From contig NC_000964.3 of NCBI RefSeq assembly GCF_000009045.1, positions 2,850,001 to 2,882,000 of the forward strand: DNA of 32,000 nucleotides, in the 5' to 3' direction. The notes under the pieces are model-generated. The model saw only the letters and a program-made list of their open reading frames with translations. It was not told the origin of the DNA and searched no databases. Shown one piece after another: positions 1 through 9,835 of this stretch. Both the position numbers and the translations under genes were made by a program. This stretch comes from Bacillus subtilis subsp. subtilis str. 168. Its GTDB lineage: Bacteria; Bacillota; Bacilli; Bacillales; Bacillaceae. How positions within the stretch are numbered: position 1 is the first letter of the stretch; each line of letters opens with the position of its first letter.

Positions 1-756
1 CAGCATGCAAATTCTGAAACCGGGATCATTCAGCCCATTCAACACCTGTCTTCATACCTGCACAATAAGGGGATTCTTCTTCATTGCGACGCTGTTCAAA
101 CGTTTGGAAAGATCCCGATCAATACAAAAAATCTGGGAGTAGATGCACTCTCAATGTCCAGCCATAAAATCCACGGTCCTAAAGGAGTAGGGGCGGTCTA
201 TATCCGGCCGGATGTCCCTTGGAAACCCGTTTATCCTCTGACTACTCACGAATACGGATTCAGAGCCGGCACCGTAAATGTTCCCGGGATCGGTGCCTTC
301 ACTGCCGCTGCAGAATTGATCGTAAGCGAAATGGAAAAACAGATATCCCGCAATGAGGCATTAAGAACATACTTTCTAGACCAAATCCGTATTCGGTCTC
401 TCCCTGTAACCCTTGCAGCAGACACTTCGAAAGCAGAATGTCTTCCGCATATTATAGGGTGTTTTTTTCACTCATTTGAAGGACAATATGTTATGTTAGA
501 ATGTAATCGGAGTAATATTTGCATTTCAACCGGCAGCGCTTGTTCTGCAGGTTACCACGGTCCGTCTGAAACAATGAAAGCATTAAGAAAAACCGAACAA
601 GAAGCTCTGCAATTTATCCGCATCTCTTTTGGCAGGCATACAACAGCTGAACAGCTGGAACAGTTATTACATACGTTTACAGTGCTTTGGGAACAAAAGA
701 AAGGAGAATTTGATATTGACCGAAGAATTAAAGCTAATGGGCGCCAACAGGCGTGA
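1..756 (+). CDS. nifS: Cysteine desulfurase (class-V PLP aminotransferase fold); 5' end lies outside the window
   Basis: Frame 1 is open from base 1 (QHANSETGIIQPIQ...LHCDAVQTFGKIPIN...) and runs into listed ORF 154..756, so the Met at 154 is internal. SMSSHKIHGPKG carries the SxHK PLP-lysine motif. ISTGSACSAG is the active-site Cys loop of NifS/IscS-type desulfurases. It is followed by nadR, as in the B. subtilis NAD locus. Confidence 0.9.
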   Translation, partial: QHANSETGIIQPIQHLSSYLHNKGILLHCDAVQTFGKIPINTKNLGVDALSMSSHKIHGPKGVGAVYIRPDVPWKPVYPLTTHEYGFRAGTVNVPGIGAFTAAAELIVSEMEKQISRNEALRTYFLDQIRIRSLPVTLAADTSKAECLPHIIGCFFHSFEGQYVMLECNRSNICISTGSACSAGYHGPSETMKALRKTEQEALQFIRISFGRHTTAEQLEQLLHTFTVLWEQKKGEFDIDRRIKANGRQQA

Positions 757-1258
757 CCAGCTTCTTCTGTGGCTGAAGGAATCTAAATCACCGCTGACAG
801 GAGGAGAACTCGCAAAAAAAGCGAACGTCTCAAGACAGGTTATTGTACAGGATATATCGCTCTTGAAAGCGAAAAATGTACCGATTATCGCCACAAGCCA
901 AGGATATGTATACATGGATGCAGCCGCTCAGCAGCACCAGCAGGCAGAAAGAATCATAGCATGTCTGCACGGTCCTGAACGGACAGAAGAGGAACTGCAG
1001 CTCATCGTCGACGAAGGCGTTACAGTAAAAGACGTAAAAATCGAGCATCCCGTATACGGAGATTTAACTGCAGCCATCCAAGTAGGCACCCGGAAAGAAG
1101 TTAGCCATTTCATCAAAAAAATCAATTCTACGAATGCTGCCTACTTATCACAGCTGACCGACGGCGTGCACCTGCATACACTGACAGCACCTGATGAACA
1201 TCGCATCGATCAAGCCTGCCAAGCCCTCGAAGAAGCCGGCATTTTAATTAAAGACTAA
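716..1258 (+). CDS. nadR: Transcriptional repressor of NAD biosynthesis (NiaR/NadR, formerly YrxA; HTH plus 3H domain)
   Basis: Same frame as listed ORF 629..1258. TTG at 716 lies 9 nt after AAGGAG (701..706) and gives a 180-aa product, the length I recall for YrxA. N-terminal HTH (ANVSRQVIVQDISLLKAKN) and a C-terminal His-containing 3H-type domain (GVHLHTL). It overlaps the nifS 3' end by 41 nt. ATG 737 is a possible alternative start. Confidence 0.85.
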   Translation: MTEELKLMGANRRDQLLLWLKESKSPLTGGELAKKANVSRQVIVQDISLLKAKNVPIIATSQGYVYMDAAAQQHQQAERIIACLHGPERTEEELQLIVDEGVTVKDVKIEHPVYGDLTAAIQVGTRKEVSHFIKKINSTNAAYLSQLTDGVHLHTLTAPDEHRIDQACQALEEAGILIKD

Positions 1259-1282
1259 AAAAAGCCCTCTAGTGGGCTTTTT
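1259..1282. terminator. Bidirectional intrinsic terminator between convergent nadR and pheA
   Basis: AAAAAGCCC (1259..1267), loop TCTAGT, GGGCTTTTT (1274..1282). The A-run and T-run flanks give a U-tract on either strand. It fills the 24-nt gap between the nadR stop (1256..1258) and the pheA stop (1283..1285). Confidence 0.8.
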
Positions 1283-2140
1283 TTATAATTGGTAAGACTG
1301 GTATGCACCCAGAAGCCTCACTTTGCAGCCGAGTGCTTCAAGCTCCTGCATGGCCCCTGGAATCAATACATCATCAAACGCTTTCTCAATATCAATAATA
1401 AAGAAATAATGGCCTAATCCGGTTTTAGTCGGACGTGACTCAATTTTTGACAGGTTTAAATTTCTCCAAGAAAATGCAGACAGCACTCTATGCAGCGCCC
1501 CGGACTGATCATCCTGCGGCAGCATGACCATTAAGGTCGTTTTGGGCCTAGAGCTCAATTTTGAATTCACTTCAAAAGATATGTTTTCATCGGGAGACAG
1601 GATAACAAATCTTGTATGATTGTCCCTATAATCCTGTATATCCCGTTTCACGATTTTTAATTCGTATGTAGAAGCTGCCATATCATTGGCAATGACCCCG
1701 ATATTCAGCTCGGGATGGTCACTGACAAACTTTGCTGCCGCCCCGGTAGAATTGGCGTATTCATATGGAACGGAAGGAAAATGTCGATGAAGAAATTTAT
1801 GGCATTGCGCAATCGCGTGTGAATGTGAGTAAATTTTGTCGAGCTCTTTCCATGCATTCTCTCTTGAGGGATGGACGAGCAAGTGCTGGTGAATCGGCAA
1901 CGTCATTTCACCCACGATTGGCAAAGGCTGTTCATGTATTAAATAGTCTATTGTTAGATTAACAGATCCTTCTAAAGCATTTTCCAAAGGAACAAAAGCA
2001 AAATCAACTTCGCCTGCAACGGCTGCATCTATACACTCCGGAATGGTGCGGTAAGCAACATGTTCGGCGCCGTTTTGAAAACAAGAACTGACTGCTAGAT
2101 GTGTAAATGTAGCTGCTGGACCTAAATAACCGACTTTCAT
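1283..2140 (-). CDS. pheA: Prephenate dehydratase
   Basis: Listed ORF 1283..2164. ATG 2140 is preceded by a GGGAGAG SD and gives 285 aa. PDT domain with NHTRF, and a C-terminal ACT domain with the ESRP motif (KIESRPTK). Confidence 0.95.
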   Translation of the reverse strand: MKVGYLGPAATFTHLAVSSCFQNGAEHVAYRTIPECIDAAVAGEVDFAFVPLENALEGSVNLTIDYLIHEQPLPIVGEMTLPIHQHLLVHPSRENAWKELDKIYSHSHAIAQCHKFLHRHFPSVPYEYANSTGAAAKFVSDHPELNIGVIANDMAASTYELKIVKRDIQDYRDNHTRFVILSPDENISFEVNSKLSSRPKTTLMVMLPQDDQSGALHRVLSAFSWRNLNLSKIESRPTKTGLGHYFFIIDIEKAFDDVLIPGAMQELEALGCKVRLLGAYQSYQL

Positions 2141-2156
2141 GACGATTTTCTCTCCC

Positions 2157-2600
2157 TTATGCACCTGAACCTAATATTTCAACCTTTTCTACAAAATCAA
2201 ACTTCCTGAGCTTATTCATTAATGTATGAATGTCTTCTTCCATTGCCGACGTACTGATAGACAGTGTCACATTTGCTCTGCCTTGAAGCGGAATGGTCTG
2301 GTGAATGGAAAGAACGTTGCTTCCAGAATCAGCTACCGCCTGAAGAAGCTGAGATAACGCACCTGACCTATCCTCCAAATGAAAGAAAAGTGTGATAATT
2401 TGTTCTTTTACCATGGTGTAGAATGGAAAAACAGCATCCCTGTATTTATAAAACGCACTTCTACTTAAATCGACCTTTTGAACGGCATCTGCTACTGAAT
2501 CTGCTTTTTTTCGATCAAGCAGCTTTTTGACTTCTAATGTTTTTCTCATTGCATCGGGCAATACATCTTCACGGACAAGATAAAATGTCTCCTCTTTCAT
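2157..2600 (-). CDS. pheB: ACT-domain protein PheB (UPF0735 family, biochemical role unclear)
   Basis: Listed ORF 2157..2657. ATG 2600 lies 6 nt after a GGGGGG SD and gives 147 aa. The longer ORF would begin inside the obg-pheB hairpin. The C-terminal half has an ACT-like pattern ([33 protein letters not shown]). The gene ends 16 nt before the pheA start. Confidence 0.85.
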   Translation of the reverse strand: MKEETFYLVREDVLPDAMRKTLEVKKLLDRKKADSVADAVQKVDLSRSAFYKYRDAVFPFYTMVKEQIITLFFHLEDRSGALSQLLQAVADSGSNVLSIHQTIPLQGRANVTLSISTSAMEEDIHTLMNKLRKFDFVEKVEILGSGA

Positions 2601-2620
2601 TTGCATCCCCCCTTTAAAAT

Positions 2621-2644
2621 AGAGAGCCTGGCACCAGGCTCTCT
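2621..2644 (-). terminator. Strong hairpin between obg and pheB; possible partial terminator or attenuator
   Basis: On the minus strand: AGAGAGCCTGG-TG-CCAGGCTCTCT, with perfectly complementary 11-nt arms, followed by ATTTTAAAGGGGGG. The U-tract is only 4 nt and runs straight into the pheB SD. Confidence 0.45.
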
Positions 2645-2660
2645 TTTCAGCCAACATTGA

Positions 2661-3968
<1,308 letters not shown>

Positions 3969-3980
3969 TTAAAAACTCCG

Positions 3981-4559
3981 CTAGTCCAACCCAATTTCAA
4001 TCAGACATTCGTGACTCGTGATTTCAAAACGCATGATATCAACGTCCTCATATCCATTCTGCCGAATATCATCAAAAGCAGATGGATCGGCAAAGGCGCC
4101 GTGAAAATCAAGGTACAGAATCAGCTGTCTGTCAGGATGATCCGTTTGAAGCGAAACCGTTAAATGATTTTCACTCTCTCTGCTGACTGCTTGATCAAAC
4201 AGATGAAACAGCTTTCTCATCAGTTTCGCCAGCTTTTGATCATAAGCCGACAAATCCTTAATTTCTCCGAGAACTTCATATTCAAGCGTCATATAATGGG
4301 TTTTCCAATTAAACGTAAGAAAATCAAACGCCAAATGCGGTGTTTTCAGGTTTGAGAGCTTTGATTCGTGCTTTGCGTCTATAACCATTTCTTCAATCAT
4401 TTCAAAGACACGGTCATACTTCTGTAAGCTTAAGTTTCCTTTAATCAGCTGCAGCTTATTCATCCAATCATGCCGGGAATGGCCAAGCAGATGAATCAGT
4501 TCGTTTGTTAATGCCGTGTCGCTTATATTTTCTTCTTGATTTTTTGAAACATCCTTCAT
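3981..4559 (-). CDS. spo0B: Sporulation phosphorelay phosphotransferase Spo0B
   Basis: Listed ORF 3981..4577. ATG 4559 is preceded by a GGGAG SD and gives 192 aa. H-box-like LLGHSRHDWMNKLQ (phospho-accepting His) is followed by a degenerate kinase-like alpha/beta domain. The gene lies 33 nt upstream of obg. Confidence 0.93.
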   Translation of the reverse strand: MKDVSKNQEENISDTALTNELIHLLGHSRHDWMNKLQLIKGNLSLQKYDRVFEMIEEMVIDAKHESKLSNLKTPHLAFDFLTFNWKTHYMTLEYEVLGEIKDLSAYDQKLAKLMRKLFHLFDQAVSRESENHLTVSLQTDHPDRQLILYLDFHGAFADPSAFDDIRQNGYEDVDIMRFEITSHECLIEIGLD

Positions 4560-4618
4560 TTTCGCACTCCCAATCATTTAATTTCTTATTTAGGAGTCTG
4601 TATAAGTGTGTATTATGA

Positions 4619-4627
4619 ATTATAACA
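4619..4627 (-). promoter_or_regulatory. Candidate extended -10 (TGTTATAAT) for spo0B-obg
   Basis: The minus strand reads TG-T-TATAAT (TATAAT = 4624..4619, TG = 4627..4626), about 60 nt upstream of the spo0B ATG. The hexamer 17 nt upstream is TTTTCT, a poor -35. The call rests on the extended -10 alone. Confidence 0.3.
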
Positions 4628-4837
4628 GAGAAGGCTTTGTTAGAAAAACAATTGTTTTTCCCAGAAATATCATGTTCCTTTTTTCTGGCTTTGGTTGATT
4701 TGCAGCCAGGCAGAACATTTTATGTATTACTGCTTGGGGAACATATCCAGTGGGTTTGAGATGTTTATTCTCATTCTTGGCGGGGTCTGCTCGCACATAC
4801 TCTGCATTTCATTCTAGGTGTTTACTCCGCATATTGC

Positions 4838-4869
4838 AAAAAAAACTCCAGTCATCATCGACCGGAGTT
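4838..4869 (-). terminator. Intrinsic terminator of the rplU-ysxB-rpmA operon
   Basis: On the minus strand: AACTCCGGT-CGATGATG-ACTGGAGTT followed by a run of 8 T, beginning about 10 nt after the rpmA stop codon. Confidence 0.85.
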
Positions 4870-4879
4870 TTTTGAATCA

Positions 4880-5176
<297 letters not shown>

Positions 5177-5515
5177 CTATATTATGTTTGTGGTCACACG
5201 CAAGTTGTCTTTGTAATCCCGTTCGATTGTCTCCAGCGAAACAATCATGCCTTCAATCAGCAGCTGAGCTTTTTGGCGTGCCTCTGGATCAAGAGATTCA
5301 GGGAATTCAAAATAAAAATAACCCCCGTCCTCTCCTATATCAAGAAGCGGCTCGAAGCCCGCGAGCACAATGACCGCGTTAACGGCCCCAAACACAACGG
5401 CTGTCACTCCGGCACAAACAAGATCTTGTCCATGTTCAGCAAAATTCGCATGGCCCGTCATTTCAAAAGACAATATGCCTTTATCATGAGACCTTCTGAT
5501 TGTTGCCTGAATCAT
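5177..5515 (-). CDS. ysxB: Ribosomal-processing cysteine protease Prp (L27 N-terminal maturation)
   Basis: 112 aa, located between rplU and rpmA. His22 (MTGHA) and Cys34 (LVCAGVT) are at the spacing of the Prp catalytic dyad. Confidence 0.9.
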   Translation of the reverse strand: MIQATIRRSHDKGILSFEMTGHANFAEHGQDLVCAGVTAVVFGAVNAVIVLAGFEPLLDIGEDGGYFYFEFPESLDPEARQKAQLLIEGMIVSLETIERDYKDNLRVTTNII

Positions 5516-5517
5516 GC

Positions 5518-5931
<414 letters not shown>

Positions 5932-5937
5932 TTAAAA

Positions 5938-5966
5938 AATATACCAAAATACAAGGCGTTTGTCAA
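5938..5966 (-). promoter_or_regulatory. SigmaA promoter of rplU-ysxB-rpmA
   Basis: On the minus strand: TTGACA (5966..5961), a 17-nt spacer, then TATATT (5943..5938). The -35 begins 6 nt after the spoIVFB stop codon. Confidence 0.85.
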
Positions 5967-5972
5967 TCAGTT

Positions 5973-6839
5973 TTAGTAGGGCAGAAGCAGTTCCTCCATG
6001 GAAGAATTCGTCCGCTTATCGGCAAAGTAAGCGTGCAGCACTTCATTCTCGTCAAGCTGGCTGAGCTTTTGGCCTGATTTTTCTATAATAATCGGATGCT
6101 TACAGCCACGTTTGAACTCGGCCATCACATGATAGACTTTATCCTCCGCCTTTACTGTCAGCGGCAGAAGTTTCTCAAGCTCCCTGTTTTTTCCGTAATA
6201 CCTTTCGAGGAGAAATCTCACATGGATATAGTGCCTTTGCCGATATTCCTCAAACAAGGAAACAGCCAGAAAGACAAACAAAACCCATGCGCTGATTTGC
6301 AGAGGAATCACGAATAAAACCCAGCACCCGAGCAGCAGGCAGAAGCAGAGCGACGTTTTTAGATTAAGCCGGTGAGCCTTTTGAAAAGGCAGCTGTTTGG
6401 AAAACAACAAAAATAACAGTTTTCCTCCATCCAGCGGCCAGATCGGCAGTAAATTGACAAATAAGATAGAAAGATTATAAAAGGTGAAGAGTTCAAAGGT
6501 ATGCTGATGAATCACTGAGACTTCTGCAAGCATCCAGGCGGCAAACTGAAGCCAGATGTGCTGAAGAGGTCCGGCAATAATGACCGCAAACTCTTCCTTT
6601 AACGGCCGATTCCCGTGCTCTTCCACTTCGACCGTTCCGCCAAACGGCAGCAAAAAAACACGCTTGATTCTCCAAGAAAAAAACACAGCCAGAGCAGCAT
6701 GCCCCAGCTCATGAATCAATACAATCAGGAGCAGACATAATAATGCTTTCATATGGCCTGTGAGCAAGCCCAGCGCCGCAATAATCCAAAGAAAAGGATG
6801 CACATGGATCTTTAAGATAAGGTCGAGCCATTTATTCAA
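5973..6839 (-). CDS. spoIVFB: Site-2-type intramembrane zinc metalloprotease (pro-sigmaK processing)
   Basis: 288 aa and polytopic. HELGH zinc motif in a TM segment, NLLPIWPLDGG (NxxPxxxLDG) second motif, and a C-terminal soluble CBS-like domain. Confidence 0.96.
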   Translation of the reverse strand: MNKWLDLILKIHVHPFLWIIAALGLLTGHMKALLCLLLIVLIHELGHAALAVFFSWRIKRVFLLPFGGTVEVEEHGNRPLKEEFAVIIAGPLQHIWLQFAAWMLAEVSVIHQHTFELFTFYNLSILFVNLLPIWPLDGGKLLFLLFSKQLPFQKAHRLNLKTSLCFCLLLGCWVLFVIPLQISAWVLFVFLAVSLFEEYRQRHYIHVRFLLERYYGKNRELEKLLPLTVKAEDKVYHVMAEFKRGCKHPIIIEKSGQKLSQLDENEVLHAYFADKRTNSSMEELLLPY

Positions 6840-7626
6840 ATGAAATCACCTGAATCGGATCAATAAATTTATCGCCGTCTTTCATGGCAAAATAATAGAC
6901 CCCTTTATTATGATCATCAAGCTTAATCGAACCGAGCTTTTTGCCTTTATCCACAAAATCATATAAAGCAACATCCACATCTTTGAGCTCGCCATAGATA
7001 CTATAGGTGTTGTCAGCATGCTGCACCTTAACCGTCAGTCCCGTTTGGCTGTCTTTGCTGACTTCAACCACATAGCCTTCTTTTACGCTATCAATCTTAT
7101 CACTGCTTGTTTCGACTTTAATTCCTTCCCCATTGTCCTGAAAATCCTGCTGTACTTTCCCGGATGCAGGCGCGATCAGATCTTTGCCTACTTCAATCTG
7201 CTGTTCCTTATTTTTGTGTTCAGGAGCCAGGAAAGCAAGCGGATTTCCGAATTTGGTTTCGAACCAATGGCTTGCTGAAGCAAATTGAAATTCAGTTTCA
7301 AAGGTTTTGGCTACGGCGGGTTTAATCTGACTGACGGGTCCAATGTTTGTTTTATAGGCTATAGCTGAAACGAGAACAAGGCAGGCCGACAGAAGACATT
7401 TCAGGATAATTGAATCTGTTTTCACCAATGGGTGTTTTCCGTTGAATGTTGGCATGTTATCTTCGTAGACCGGAAGTGTTCCATGCTTTTCCTGATCCGT
7501 TACCATCACCCAGGACGGGGGTTTCTGCTTTTCAGAAACTGTCTGAGTAGAGAAACGTTTTGAGCCGGAAAGCTGCTTTCTTCTTTTCTCTAATCGTTTT
7601 CTGATTTCATCTGCTCTGTGACTCAT
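6832..7626 (-). CDS. spoIVFA: Regulator/anchor of SpoIVFB with a degenerate LytM (M23-like) domain
   Basis: Listed ORF 6832..7677. ATG 7626 (SD AAGGA 8 nt upstream) gives 264 aa. The sigmaE-type promoter lies inside the longer ORF, which argues against the 7677 start. One TM segment (IILKCLLSACLVLVSAIAY) and a C-terminal M23-like beta domain. The 3' end overlaps the spoIVFB start by 8 nt. Confidence 0.9.
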   Translation of the reverse strand: MSHRADEIRKRLEKRRKQLSGSKRFSTQTVSEKQKPPSWVMVTDQEKHGTLPVYEDNMPTFNGKHPLVKTDSIILKCLLSACLVLVSAIAYKTNIGPVSQIKPAVAKTFETEFQFASASHWFETKFGNPLAFLAPEHKNKEQQIEVGKDLIAPASGKVQQDFQDNGEGIKVETSSDKIDSVKEGYVVEVSKDSQTGLTVKVQHADNTYSIYGELKDVDVALYDFVDKGKKLGSIKLDDHNKGVYYFAMKDGDKFIDPIQVISFE

Positions 7627-7659
7627 TGCCATCATCCTTTGCATTCGTTGGGTTTGTAC

Positions 7660-7688
7660 ATCATATGTCTTGTCCATGGCAAATATTC
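7660..7688 (-). promoter_or_regulatory. SigmaE-type promoter for spoIVFA-spoIVFB
   Basis: On the minus strand: GAATATT (7688..7682), a 14-nt spacer, then CATATGAT (7667..7660). The sigmaE consensus is kmATATT - 14 nt - CATACAmT. The -35 matches fully and the -10 matches 6 of 8. It sits directly after the minD terminator. Confidence 0.5.
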
Positions 7689-7715
7689 GGTTTAGTCAAG
7701 AACAAAGCAGGCAAA

Positions 7716-7751
7716 AACAAAAAAAACCTGACACAGCATATGCTTTGTCAG
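7716..7751 (-). terminator. Intrinsic terminator after minD (end of the maf...minD transcription unit)
   Basis: On the minus strand: CTGACAAAGCA-TA-TGCTGTGTCAG (7751..7728, one mismatch), followed by GG and then a run of 8 T. Confidence 0.85.
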
Positions 7752-7775
7752 ATTCTTCTCTTTGATTCTATCACA

Positions 7776-8582
7776 TTAAGATCTTACTCCGAAAAATGAC
7801 TTAATCTTAGCCATCATTCCTTTGTTTTGCTCTTCAAGCACCTGTAAAGGAACAGATTCACCTAAGATGCGGCGGGCAATATTGCGATATGCAATGGAAG
7901 CGCGGTTTTTAGGGTCCATCGCAATCGGTTCGCCATGATTGGAAGCTTTAATGACTTCATCATCATCAGCCACGATTCCGAGCAAATCGATCGACAGATG
8001 CTGTACGATTTCGTCGATATCCATCGTGTCACCGTTTTTCATCAGGTGATTTCTGATTCTGTTAACAACGAGCCGCGGCGGTTCAATATTTTCCTCTTGC
8101 TCCAGCAGTCCTATAATACGGTCAGCATCACGAACAGCTGAGATTTCAGGCGTAGTGACCACAATCGCTTTATCAGCTCCGGAAACGGCATTTTTGTACC
8201 CTTGCTCGATTCCGGCAGGACAGTCTATGATGACATAGTCAAATTCCTGTTTGAGCTCTTGGACCATGTTTTTAATTTGTTCAGGAGCAACAGCTGTCTT
8301 ATCGCTCGTTTGAGCAGCGGGCATTAAATAGAGCAGATCATCGAAACGTTTGTCTTTTACGAGCGCCTGATGCATTTTGCATCTGCCCTCTACAACGTCT
8401 ACCAGATCGTAAATAATTCTATTTTCAAGACCCATTACAACATCAAGGTTGCGCAGTCCTATATCAGTATCTACTAAGCATACGCGCTTCCCTAAAATGG
8501 CTAAGGCGGTACCGAGGTTCGCAGATGTTGTTGTCTTACCTACTCCGCCTTTTCCCGAAGTTATTACGATAGCCTCACCCAA
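7776..8582 (-). CDS. minD: Septum site-determining ATPase MinD
   Basis: Listed ORF 7776..8600. TTG 8582 lies 7 nt after a GGAGG SD, one nt after the minC stop, and gives 268 aa. Deviant Walker A SGKGGVGKTT. C-terminal amphipathic membrane-targeting helix (MMAKIKSFFGVRS). Confidence 0.95.
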   Translation of the reverse strand: MGEAIVITSGKGGVGKTTTSANLGTALAILGKRVCLVDTDIGLRNLDVVMGLENRIIYDLVDVVEGRCKMHQALVKDKRFDDLLYLMPAAQTSDKTAVAPEQIKNMVQELKQEFDYVIIDCPAGIEQGYKNAVSGADKAIVVTTPEISAVRDADRIIGLLEQEENIEPPRLVVNRIRNHLMKNGDTMDIDEIVQHLSIDLLGIVADDDEVIKASNHGEPIAMDPKNRASIAYRNIARRILGESVPLQVLEEQNKGMMAKIKSFFGVRS

Positions 8583-8583
8583 T

Positions 8584-9264
8584 TCACATTCCTCCCTCAA
8601 GCCTTGTTAGATCAGGTCTTAAATGAGCCAAATGTTGAAGGCGTTCAATGACCATATTTCCGTCTGTATCTAAATAAGCACATTCCATTTCGTTCCCTTT
8701 TTGAATGTGGTCTGGGGAGCGATTTAACACATGATTGATTCTTAATTGTGTCGGAAGCATTTCAGAGGCGGCGATGACCGCTTGATTATTTCCATTGAAT
8801 CCAGCATGCGCAATTCCTTTCAGTGAGCCCAGAACAAAAATGTTCCCTCCGGCCCTGACTGTTCCGCCGGGATTCACGTCACCGATCAGGAGCAAGTCGC
8901 CTTTTACCTGCAGCACTTGGCCTGAACGGACAATTTTTGAAACAGAAATAATTTCGGCTTCCTCTCTTATCTGCTGTGCTTCTTTTTTAGTAATGACTTC
9001 ACTGTCAATAGAATGAACAAACAAATCTTTCTTTGACGCAATCAATTCGGTTAGCTGTTCCTCTTGCTCCTTATATAAAAAGCGATTTCCCAGCTTAACA
9101 TGAACGCTGATTTTCTGGCCTTTTCCATCGGTATATTGTTCAATTGACAGCATATTCTGAAGACCATCGAGAAGCTCATCAAAAGAACACGCATCATCCA
9201 GATGCAATGTTAGTCCATTCTTTGTTCCTTTTATTGTTACATATTGCTGCTTTTTGGTCTTCAC
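8584..9264 (-). CDS. minC: Septum site-determining protein MinC
   Basis: Listed ORF 8584..9273 starts at the GTG inside the SD GAGGTG. GTG 9264 lies 6 nt after the SD and gives 226 aa. C-terminal beta-helix repeats ([28 protein letters not shown]). Confidence 0.93.
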   Translation of the reverse strand: MKTKKQQYVTIKGTKNGLTLHLDDACSFDELLDGLQNMLSIEQYTDGKGQKISVHVKLGNRFLYKEQEEQLTELIASKKDLFVHSIDSEVITKKEAQQIREEAEIISVSKIVRSGQVLQVKGDLLLIGDVNPGGTVRAGGNIFVLGSLKGIAHAGFNGNNQAVIAASEMLPTQLRINHVLNRSPDHIQKGNEMECAYLDTDGNMVIERLQHLAHLRPDLTRLEGGM

Positions 9265-9316
9265 AATATTCACCTCAACAACATACTCATTTCGTCAAAA
9301 AAAGATAAAATCCTTT

Positions 9317-9835
9317 TTACTCATCTCTCAATTCTTTCTTTAGACTCATAAAAAACAATCTAAATGGCAGAACAAGAATAAGAGCTGCTGCAATATTTAA
9401 TAAAATTGTCGGTATAAACCGGTCAAGCACAAATCCGTTAAACGTCATAATGTCTTTATGAATCAAAGACTGAATGCCGAATACGTAAAATTCGAGCAGA
9501 CAGACAGCCAGAACTGCTATCAATATCACTACAAATGCGTTTGTATGCAACACTTTAAACGCTTTTGAAGCCAAATAGCATAGCCCTGCAAAACCAAACA
9601 TGTAAACGCCTAATAGACTTGTATAGTTCATGTCATATAGAAAGCCAAAAATAAATCCGTAAATCATCGCGTGTTTTTGGTTGATAAAAGCCGACATGAA
9701 TATCAATACAAGCATCAAAAAACGCGGGGCGAGCACTTGGTCATCTGTAACGAAAGGAAAATGCACCAAATCTGTAAAAATGCTTTCCGCAGAAAAAACA
9801 AGCATCATAACGAAAGGGAGAAGGAAACGTTTCAC
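9317..9835 (-). CDS. mreD: Rod shape-determining membrane protein MreD
   Basis: 172 aa and polytopic. GTG start overlaps the mreC stop (GTGA). Confidence 0.92.
   Translation of the reverse strand: MKRFLLPFVMMLVFSAESIFTDLVHFPFVTDDQVLAPRFLMLVLIFMSAFINQKHAMIYGFIFGFLYDMNYTSLLGVYMFGFAGLCYLASKAFKVLHTNAFVVILIAVLAVCLLEFYVFGIQSLIHKDIMTFNGFVLDRFIPTILLNIAAALILVLPFRLFFMSLKKELRDE

Noticed and set aside
4606-4698. 30-codon plus-strand ORF (GTG 4606, MCIMNYNREGFVRKTIVFPRNIMFLFSGFG) with AGGAG 9 nt upstream, divergent from spo0B.
   Set aside because: There is no promoter or terminator. The AGGAG is just the complement of spo0B upstream sequence, the composition is unremarkable, and the ORF is too short to distinguish from chance without conservation or expression data.
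4685-4709. Hairpin CTGGCT-N13-AGCCAG in the spo0B upstream spacer, flanked by a T-run on the plus strand.
   Set aside because: The T-run precedes rather than follows the stem on the plus strand and becomes an A-run after the stem on the minus strand, so it is not an intrinsic terminator in either direction. The stem is only 6 bp.
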